DNA of 64,000 nucleotides from NCBI GenBank assembly GCA_965218795.1, contig OZ244653.1, positions 480,001 through 544,000 of the forward strand, read 5' to 3'. This document shows, piece after piece, positions 29,955-37,682 of this stretch. The notes under the pieces are model-generated. The model had not been told where the DNA came from, did not search any database, and was given only the letters and a program-made list of their open reading frames with translations. A program made the position numbers and the translations under genes. The DNA is from a bacterium (GTDB lineage: Bacteria; UBA8248; JACPRG01; G963555815). Every line of letters starts with the position of its first letter. Position 1 is the stretch's first letter.

Positions 29955-30338
29955 ATGGCCGAAGACGAACACATCGCCACCGGAACCGATGAAGATCGGA
30001 ACGCAAGACAGAGCGATGTGCGCAGGACGCGGGGCATCCGGTTCTCCGATGTAGAGTGGGAAGAGGTCAAGAAAGCGGCCGAAAAGCATGGCGTTCCGGC
30101 CGCAGAGTTCGTCCGGGACACGGTTTTGGACCTCGCCCGCGGCAGGATCGGCGCCGCATCGGCGGCGATTCCGCCCGGTCTCGCCGCACTCATCGAGAGC
30201 ACCTATCGCGGCGTTTACATCCTTACGACCCTGAAACGCGCAGAGATGATCCGCGAGGGCCGCGGCGAAGAGCTGGACGAGATCGTTCAGGCCGCACGCA
30301 ACGCGCATGCAGACACGCTGAAGAAGGCCTCCGAATGA
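29955..30338 (+). CDS. Ribbon-helix-helix protein (MobC/TrwA-like relaxosome accessory candidate)
   Basis: AAGGAG RBS; RTRGIRFSDVEWEEVKKAAEKHGVPAAEFVRDTVL. Confidence 0.75.
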   Translation: MAEDEHIATGTDEDRNARQSDVRRTRGIRFSDVEWEEVKKAAEKHGVPAAEFVRDTVLDLARGRIGAASAAIPPGLAALIESTYRGVYILTTLKRAEMIREGRGEELDEIVQAARNAHADTLKKASE

Positions 30339-30441
30339 TCTGTTTCGCGTGTGCCCACCTTGCGTATTCGGCGCCTGCCCCGACGCCCTTCATGCCGCCG
30401 GCACGCACGGCGCTGAAGCGATCGCGGCCAGGGCAGTGTGA

Positions 30442-32721
30442 ATGACGGGCGGCCCCGACCCTTCCGGCCATGACGGTGATTCGGCCCGGCGTGCCTGGGA
30501 AGGAGCGCCGAACCCCGTGCCCGGCCGCGAGGTTCTGGCCGGTCTTGTCGAGCGGGTGACCTTCCACAACCCGGAGAACGGGTTCTGCGTGCTGCGGATC
30601 AAGGCCCGGGGCCGGCGTGATCTGGTCACCGCGGTCGGCCATGCCGCGACGATTTCCGCCGGCGAATGGGTGACCGCCTCCGGAGAATGGGCCAACGACC
30701 GCACCCACGGCCTGCAATTCCGCGCGCGGCTGCTGAATACCTCCGCTCCCTCGTCGCTGGATGGTATCGAGAAGTATCTTGGTTCCGGAATGATCCGGGG
30801 CATCGGACCGGTCTATGCGAAACGCATGGTGCGGCTGTTCGGCAAGGACGTGTTCGACATCATCGAGGCCAGCCCCGAGCGCCTGCGCGAGGTCGAAGGG
30901 ATCGGTCCGAAGCGGGCGGAGCGGATCACCTCGGCCTGGGCCGACCAGAAGGCGATCCGCGAGATCATGGTGTTCCTGCACCAGCACGGCGTGGGCACGG
31001 CCCGGGCGGTGCGCATCTTCAAGACCTATGGCGCGGACGCGGTCGAGGTCATGAGCGAGAACCCCTACCGTCTGGCCCGGGACATCCGGGGGATCGGCTT
31101 CCGCACCGCCGACCTGATCGCGGAAAAGCTCGGCATCGGGAAGACCGCGATGATCCGGGTGCGCGCCGGGATATCGTTCGCGCTGTCCGAAGCCATGAGC
31201 GACGGCCATTGTGGGCTGCCCACTACGGAGCTGAAGAAGCTCTCGGAGAAGCTGCTCGAGGTGCCCGAAGAGCTGGTGACAACCGCCGTGGAGATGGAGT
31301 TGTCCGAGCGAACCGTGACCGCGGACAGCGTGGAAGAGACCCCGTGCATCTTCCTGAGCGGCCTGTACCATGCCGAACGGACCGTCGGGGAGCACTTGCG
31401 GAGGATAGCCGCCGGGCCGTTGCCCTGGAGCAGAATCGACGCGGACAAGGCGCTACCCTGGGTCGAGGCCTGTACCGGGCTCACGCTCGCCGGGAGCCAG
31501 GCCCATGCGGTGCGCCTCGCACTGGGCTCGAAGGCGACGGTCATCACGGGCGGTCCCGGTGTCGGCAAGACGACCATCGTCAATGTGATCCTGCGGATCC
31601 TCTTGGCCAAGGACGCGAAACTCCTGCTTTGCGCACCCACGGGCCGTGCCGCCAAGCGCATGTCCGAGGCCACCGGCATGAAGGCGAAGACCATCCACCG
31701 GCTGCTGGAGTTCGAGCCCAGGATCTTCGGGTTCCGGCGCAACGAGGACAGTCCGCTCGACTGCGACCTCCTCGTGGTGGATGAAAGCTCAATGGTGGAT
31801 GTGATGCTCATGCAGTCTCTGCTGAAGGCGGCGCCCGACCATGCCGCCCTGTTGCTCGTCGGCGACATCGACCAGTTGCCTTCCGTGGGTCCGGGCCAGG
31901 TGCTCTCCGACATCATCGCCTCGGGAGCCGTTCCCGTCGTGCGGCTGACGGAGGTGTTCCGTCAGGCCTCCCGGAGCCGGATCGTGACCAATGCCCACCG
32001 GATCAACGCCGGCAGGATGCCGGAGTTAGACGACGCCGAGGACGGAAGCGACTTCTATTTCGTGCCGGCGGAGGACCCCGAGCAGGCGGTCGAGCGCATT
32101 CTGACCCTGGTTCGGGAGCGCATTCCCCGCCGGTTCGGCCTGGATCCGGTGCGCGACATCCAGGTGCTGTGCCCGATGAACCGTGGGGGCGCCGGCGCGA
32201 GGTCTCTCAATATCGAGTTGCAGGCGGCGCTGAACCCCGCCGGGGAGGAGAAGGTCGAGCGCTTCGGCTGGACCTTCGCGCCAGGGGACAAGGTCATGCA
32301 GGTCGAGAACGACTATGGCAAGGATGTCTACAACGGCGACATCGGAAGCGTGGAAGCCGTCGATGCGGTGGAGGGTGAGCTGATCGCGGGGTTCGACGGC
32401 CGCAGGGTGTCCTATGGCTTCGGGGAGTTGGACATGCTGGTCCTTGCCTATGCGGCGACGGTGCACAAGAGCCAGGGTTCTGAATATCCTGCCGTGGTCC
32501 TCCCCGTGCTGACGCAGCACTACGCCATGCTCCAGCGCAACCTGCTCTACACCGGGATCACGCGCGGCAAGCGCCTTGTTGTGCTCGTCGGCCAGAAGAA
32601 GGCCGTGGCCATCGCGGTCAGGAACGTCTCCGGCAGGCGTCGCTGGTCGAAGCTCGATGAGTGGCTGCGGGTTTGCAAGCATCTCATGTTGAAGGAGGCC
32701 CTACCCGTCGTTGGCGATTGA
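30442..32721 (+). CDS. recD2: RecD2-like SF1B helicase
   Basis: VERVTFHNPENGF; HhH GIGP repeats; GGPGVGKTT; VVDESSMVD; LAYAATVHKSQGSEY. Confidence 0.93.
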   Translation: MTGGPDPSGHDGDSARRAWEGAPNPVPGREVLAGLVERVTFHNPENGFCVLRIKARGRRDLVTAVGHAATISAGEWVTASGEWANDRTHGLQFRARLLNTSAPSSLDGIEKYLGSGMIRGIGPVYAKRMVRLFGKDVFDIIEASPERLREVEGIGPKRAERITSAWADQKAIREIMVFLHQHGVGTARAVRIFKTYGADAVEVMSENPYRLARDIRGIGFRTADLIAEKLGIGKTAMIRVRAGISFALSEAMSDGHCGLPTTELKKLSEKLLEVPEELVTTAVEMELSERTVTADSVEETPCIFLSGLYHAERTVGEHLRRIAAGPLPWSRIDADKALPWVEACTGLTLAGSQAHAVRLALGSKATVITGGPGVGKTTIVNVILRILLAKDAKLLLCAPTGRAAKRMSEATGMKAKTIHRLLEFEPRIFGFRRNEDSPLDCDLLVVDESSMVDVMLMQSLLKAAPDHAALLLVGDIDQLPSVGPGQVLSDIIASGAVPVVRLTEVFRQASRSRIVTNAHRINAGRMPELDDAEDGSDFYFVPAEDPEQAVERILTLVRERIPRRFGLDPVRDIQVLCPMNRGGAGARSLNIELQAALNPAGEEKVERFGWTFAPGDKVMQVENDYGKDVYNGDIGSVEAVDAVEGELIAGFDGRRVSYGFGELDMLVLAYAATVHKSQGSEYPAVVLPVLTQHYAMLQRNLLYTGITRGKRLVVLVGQKKAVAIAVRNVSGRRRWSKLDEWLRVCKHLMLKEALPVVGD

Positions 32722-32789
32722 AGCACTTGGCCTGAAAGGCTCAAGGCCAAGACCTGCGTCCTTCAAGGAGTCCAGTTTATCAATGAGTA

Positions 32790-33019
32790 TTACTGGATTC
32801 TAGAAGGAGGCGGAGGTGGCCCAGGCCCAGGGAAGACGGTCGTCCAGGTGTGCAAGCAGATCGGGGTGCCGAGCAGACCTACCTGGCGATGGAGGAAGGA
32901 GTACGGTGGTCTGAGGATGGACCAAGCCCAACGTCTCAAGGCGCTGGAGAAGGAGAATGTCCGGCTGAAGAAGCGGGTGGCGACAGCCCTAAACTGTCCA
33001 CTGAAACGGGGTAAATCCA
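32790..33019 (+). mobile_element. Chimeric IS3 remnant: decayed orfA of another IS3 plus the right end of the IS at 24976
   Basis: WRKEYGGLRMDQAQRLKALEKENVRLKK; 32981-33019 matches the reverse complement of the 24976 IS end. Confidence 0.8.
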
Positions 33020-33337
33020 AACCGACCCCACTGGTGCTACTACATGTTACGGACTATTTCGAAAGCCGATCACGCTGGCAAGTCGGCGGTTCCAGGCGTT
33101 GATCGAAAGGATCTTTTCGAGATTAACATAGTAGTACTGCCTCTCGAAGAGCAGGATGTAATTGTCGAGGAGGTCGAGAAGACATTAGCTGGGCTTGAAG
33201 CTGTCGTGATTACGACCCGCCGCCAAATCGACCTTCTCCGGGAGTACCGTACCCGCTTGATTGCCGACGTGGTGACAGGCAAACTAGATGTGCGCGAGGC
33301 GGCGGCACAACTGCCGGACGAATCCGACGAGGCGTAG
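33020..33337 (+). pseudogene. hsdS: C-terminal fragment of type I R-M specificity subunit
   Basis: SAVPGVDRKDL...LPLEEQDVIV...IDLLREYRTRLIADVVTGKLDVR. Confidence 0.85.
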
Positions 33338-33429
33338 CCACTTGGTGGCCCTGACAACGTAACGAGCGAGGCCGACGCCCCGGACCGGCGGTTCGCAGCG
33401 CGAGTCGCATCCAGAAAGGCCAAACGGAC

Positions 33430-34317
33430 ATGAGATTCGACAGTCCACTCAGGTATCCGGGAGGGAAAGCATCCCTTGCGGCATTTCTCACTCGGACAAT
33501 TGAACTGAATAACCTATCGGGTTGTTCGTATTTCGAACCCTTTGCCGGTGGCGCGGGCGCCGCGCTACGCCTCCTTCGCGAAGGTGTCGTCTCGGAGATC
33601 CGGCTGAACGATTTGGACCCTCGCATCACCGCCTTCTGGAAGGCTGTGCTGGATGAGCCGGAGCGGTTCGTCGACGCCATCCTGTCTGTTCCGGTGAGCA
33701 TTTCGGAATGGAAGAAACAACGGCACATCTGTCAGCGTGCTGATGCCAGCAAGCCCTTTGAACTTGGCTTCGCTGCTTTCTACTTGAACCGCTGTAATCG
33801 GTCCGGCGTCCTCCTCGGGGCAGGTCCCATTGGGGGTCATGCGCAAACAACGAAGTGGGGGATTAACGCTCGCTTCAACAGAGCAAACCTCGCGGAGCGC
33901 ATCCTCACGGTCTCGCGTAGACGTGAACAAATCCACATCACCAACATGGACGCCCTTGCGTTCCTCGTTACCCATCTCCCGCAGGGACGTGAACGGAAAC
34001 GCGTTTTTGGCTATCTGGACCCACCCTACTACTCAAACGGTAGCCGGCTCTATATGAATTTCTACACAGACCGAGACCACAGAGGCCTGGCCCGCTACAT
34101 ACAGCGGCAGCGGACCCTCAAGTGGGTGATGTCCTACGACGATACACATTTCATCAGAGGTCTGTACGCAGACTGTGTCATGTCCCATCTCTCGCTCCAG
34201 TACAGTCTCCAGCGAAAGCAACAGGCACAGGAACTTCTGATCGCGCCGGCCCATGTACGGCTTCCCGCCTTTGTTGCGCCAATTGACACACACCAGTGCA
34301 AAGCGGCGTCGGCTTAG
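33430..34317 (+). CDS. Dam-like (D12 class) N6-adenine DNA methyltransferase
   Basis: SPLRYPGGK, YFEPFAGGAG, LNDLD, YLNRCNRSG, YLDPPYY, WVMSYD. Confidence 0.9.
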   Translation: MRFDSPLRYPGGKASLAAFLTRTIELNNLSGCSYFEPFAGGAGAALRLLREGVVSEIRLNDLDPRITAFWKAVLDEPERFVDAILSVPVSISEWKKQRHICQRADASKPFELGFAAFYLNRCNRSGVLLGAGPIGGHAQTTKWGINARFNRANLAERILTVSRRREQIHITNMDALAFLVTHLPQGRERKRVFGYLDPPYYSNGSRLYMNFYTDRDHRGLARYIQRQRTLKWVMSYDDTHFIRGLYADCVMSHLSLQYSLQRKQQAQELLIAPAHVRLPAFVAPIDTHQCKAASA

Positions 34318-34330
34318 GAAGGAGGATTCA

Positions 34331-35437
34331 ATGAATACCGAAGAGATCACACTGATGAACGTCTCTAATCTGGTATTCGATCTCAAGAACCCCCGGCTTC
34401 CTGAGTTTGACCTGACTGCAAACTCAACAGACGCCCAAGTGATACAGGTTCTATGGGAAGCGATGGATGTAAGAGAACTCGTAATGTCCATCGCAGCCAG
34501 TGGATTTTTTCGCCATGAACCCGTGATCGTCGCGCAGGAGAATGGAAAGAACGTCGTTATCGAAGGGAACCGCCGCCTCGCCGCAGTCAGAGTTCTTCTG
34601 GATCCAGAACTTGCCGAATCCCTGAAGGCGGATGATGTTCCTGACATCACCGAAGAAGACAAGGAAGCACTCAAAGAGCTTCCCACTGTGCTTGGTGCCC
34701 GCGAAGATGCTTGGCGCTATCTCGGCTTCAAGCACGTGAACGGGCCGGCCAAATGGAGTAGCTACGCCAAGTCTCGATACATTGCTGATGTGCACAGGAG
34801 TTTCGGAGTCGAACTTGGAGACATCGCGAAGCAGATTGGCGACACCCATAGGACCGTCCAGAGACTTTTTCGCGGCCTGATGGTCGTTGAGCAGGCGGAG
34901 CAGATGAAAGTATTCAGTCGCCACGACCGTTGGCGAAACCATTTTTCGTTTTCTCATCTCTACACCGGCCTCGACTACGACGGGATCAGCACCTTTATCG
35001 GCTTGGGACCGGAGACCGAGGAGGATCAGGAGCCGGTTCCCGTCGAGAAGAAGGAAGAACTCGGTGAGCTTTGCCTCTGGATGTACGGCAGTAAGAAGGA
35101 GAAGATGCCTCCCGTCATCGAGACACAGAACCCGCATCTCCGGCAGCTCGACGCAGTCGTGAGCAACATGGAAGCTCTCACCGCCCTTCGGAGTGGTCAC
35201 GACCTCACCTATGCCTACGAGGCGAGCCGTCCATCATCCACTGTCTTCGAGGAATCGCTGCTTGCCTCGAAACGGGATCTTCAGAAGGCGCACAGTTTGC
35301 TTTCCGTTGGCTACGATGGTTCCGAGGGACTGCTCAGAATTGCCGACACGGTGGCGGAACTCGCGGATGACCTTTACAAGGCGATGGACAGGAAGCGCAA
35401 TCCGCGGAGGAAGAGACGTACCGCGGAGGATGGTTGA
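34331..35437 (+). CDS. ParB/Srx-like N-terminal domain protein
   Basis: AGGAGG RBS; LVFDLKNPRL...LVMSIAASGF...EPVIV...VVIEGNRRLAA. Confidence 0.82.
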   Translation: MNTEEITLMNVSNLVFDLKNPRLPEFDLTANSTDAQVIQVLWEAMDVRELVMSIAASGFFRHEPVIVAQENGKNVVIEGNRRLAAVRVLLDPELAESLKADDVPDITEEDKEALKELPTVLGAREDAWRYLGFKHVNGPAKWSSYAKSRYIADVHRSFGVELGDIAKQIGDTHRTVQRLFRGLMVVEQAEQMKVFSRHDRWRNHFSFSHLYTGLDYDGISTFIGLGPETEEDQEPVPVEKKEELGELCLWMYGSKKEKMPPVIETQNPHLRQLDAVVSNMEALTALRSGHDLTYAYEASRPSSTVFEESLLASKRDLQKAHSLLSVGYDGSEGLLRIADTVAELADDLYKAMDRKRNPRRKRRTAEDG

Positions 35438-36363
35438 TGTTCAAGTGGCCGGGGACACCATCCGATCAAGCATCCAAACACGAACTTGCGGACTACGCCG
35501 AGTTGGTTTGCTGGAAGCAAGGCAGCACGTCGGTGACTGCCCTATCCGCCGACCTCGGCAGGCTTGAAGAAAACGACCACTCTGACGGTGTGCGGGAAGA
35601 GGAAGAAACAGATGAATTCGTCACAGCAGCATGCGAGGAGATCGAACAACGCGGAGAGGCGTGTAGAGGCGGCTATCCGTATGTGATCGGCAAACAGGGA
35701 TACTCACTTCGTGACAACCAAGAAACTGAAAACCACAGACACATCATTTACAAGTACCTGCTCCTGGCGACCCGGATGAACATGAAAGACAACCGGGTTC
35801 ATGCAGATATTGACGGTACGCTTCTGTTGGAGCAGCTCGCCGCCGATGTGGCGCGAGAGTATCTTGGCGCCCGTGCGGAGAGTTTTGTCTTTGGTACTGC
35901 CGCGGGGATGACTGATTTCTCAAAAAAGGTTGACGATCTTTGCGTCCGAATGAAGGAGGGTGATTCCTTCGTGAACCGTGACGAGGCCCCGCCGAACGAG
36001 AAGGATGGCAAGCTCGATGTTGTGGTGTTGAAACACTTCACGGACGGTCTGCCAGGAAAACTTATTGCTTTTGGGCAGTGCAAGACGGGAACCAACTACA
36101 GGGATACACTTACCCAGCTTCAGCCCGGTTCATTCTGCGACAAATGGTTGCACTCACCCCTCGCTCTCACCCCAGTGCGAATGTTCTTCATTTCAGAGGC
36201 TTTGTCTCGGGAAAGGCGGTTCACCATCGCACGCGACGCTGGCTTGCTGTTCGACCGGTGCCGGATTGTCGATTTCTGTGATTACATCAGCGCAGACGTA
36301 TTGAAGACAGTAAAGGTCTGGACAGCGGCGGCCGCAGCCAAGGTGATGAAATTGCCCGGTTGA
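35437..36363 (+). CDS. Hypothetical protein with restriction-endonuclease-like motif
   Basis: TGATG overlap with upstream gene; LLEQL...KDGKLDVVV...FGQCKTG resembles E...D...(Q)xK. Confidence 0.7.
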   Translation: MFKWPGTPSDQASKHELADYAELVCWKQGSTSVTALSADLGRLEENDHSDGVREEEETDEFVTAACEEIEQRGEACRGGYPYVIGKQGYSLRDNQETENHRHIIYKYLLLATRMNMKDNRVHADIDGTLLLEQLAADVAREYLGARAESFVFGTAAGMTDFSKKVDDLCVRMKEGDSFVNRDEAPPNEKDGKLDVVVLKHFTDGLPGKLIAFGQCKTGTNYRDTLTQLQPGSFCDKWLHSPLALTPVRMFFISEALSRERRFTIARDAGLLFDRCRIVDFCDYISADVLKTVKVWTAAAAAKVMKLPG

Positions 36364-36439
36364 TAACGTTTAGAGGAACCATGACAGCAAAAGGACGAGA
36401 CAAGAGAGATGTAGGGGGCCGGCGGACGAGCGGGCCAAT

Positions 36440-36998
36440 CGTTCGAGCAATGTCCCGGAAATGACGGCAGCGTGAGCCGCGCTGGTCGGGCTGATGGACC
36501 GTTACCTTCGCGGCCTGCTGGATCCGTTCGTAACGCTGCTGGAAGTGCACAAGCTTCTGTATTTCATACAGGAATCTGGTGAGCGCTTGCAACTCAAATA
36601 TCAAAAGGCACTCTACGGACCTTATACCGAGAATTTGCGGCACGTCCTGCACAAGGTTGAAGGACATTTCATCTCCGGTTACGCCGATGGCGGCGATAAA
36701 CCCGGCAAGCAACTTGAACTTGTCCCCGGCGCAATCGAGGACGCGACTGTCTTTCTTGAGGGTCACCCGAAAACGCGCGCAACGTTTCAATAAGGTCGCC
36801 GATCTGGTCGAAGGGTTCGAGTCGCCCTTCGGGCTGGAATTGCTTTCCACGGTTCACTGGGTCGTCAGCCGGGAACAGGCACGGATCTCTGATGACGTAA
36901 TAGCCCGCACGTACGCCTGGAACGAGAGAAAGAGACAGTTCTCCCGGCGCCAGATCGGGATCGCATTCGGTGTTTTATCGGAGAAGGACTGGATTTAG
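36440..36998 (+). pseudogene. darG: C-terminal part of DarG-like antitoxin (macrodomain missing, frameshifted near 36780)
   Basis: LLEVHKLLYF.QE.GE.L.L.Y....YGPY..NL.HVL..VEGH; GFESPFGLELLSTVHWV...WNERK. Confidence 0.75.
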
Positions 36999-37021
36999 CA
37001 TCCCGACATGCCGGATTCCCC

Positions 37022-37072
37022 ATGACCACCGACACCAGCGAAAAGGGGCTTGAGCGCCTCATCTGCATGGCC
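37022..37072 (+). pseudogene. hsdR: First codons of a type I R-M restriction subunit
   Basis: MTTDTSEKGLERLICMAL resembles HsdR N-termini; position after hsdS; cut by an IS remnant. Confidence 0.55.
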
Positions 37073-37207
37073 CTGGGCTACCTCAGCTCCAACGACTTCG
37101 AGCACGCCGCGGCGAAGGAAACGCCACGTGTGGTGCGCAACGCTCATCGTCCACCTCAGGACTGGGGGCGACAGTCATAAACTGTCCACGAAATCGGGGT
37201 AAATCCA
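37070..37207 (+). mobile_element. Internally deleted right-end remnant of the IS3 element
   Basis: Matches the orfB tail (ALGYLS.NDFE.AAAKETPR) and the IR end AACTGTCCAC...GGGGTAAATCCA. Confidence 0.85.
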
Positions 37208-37319
37208 CCAACTCGCAGCGCAGAAATTCCTGCATGGATTGGCGTTGCAACGCCGCGCGCGCAGCAAGCTCGTCGCGCACTTCCTCTGGGACGCCTCTGA
37301 TGGTGATTTGTACCGACAT
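37208..37319 (-). pseudogene. FitA-like RHH antitoxin truncated by the IS end
   Basis: MSVQITIRGVPEEVRDELAARAALQRQSMQEFLR. Confidence 0.7.
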
Positions 37320-37682
37320 GAACTCATTATGCCATCAGAGACAGCGGTCAGCAAGCAATGGCAGCGTATGATAGCGGCCGCCGCGCCACCACAGGTGCAG
37401 CGTCGAGGTATGAACGTGCCGGATCGACCTTTCCCGCGCCACGGGCTTCGATACTTATGTATTGAGACGGTAATCACCTGACAGTGCCGCCCAAATGGAG
37501 GACCTCGTTGCCGAGTTACGCCGCACCCGGTCTCCAACCCGGTCTGTACGGCAAGGCGAACGTTCACCGCTGGCCCATCCCGATTGCACGTCCCCTTCGA
37601 TTGAGCCGAACCGCCCCGAGGCCGCGTTTGCACTCGGCACGTCCTGACGGTCTGCCCGGCCGCCGCAGGCAGGCGTTCGCCC

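Noticed and set aside
37330-37680. Alternative oriT downstream of traI
   Set aside because: No recognisable nic motif or repeat set seen; kept only as a fallback.
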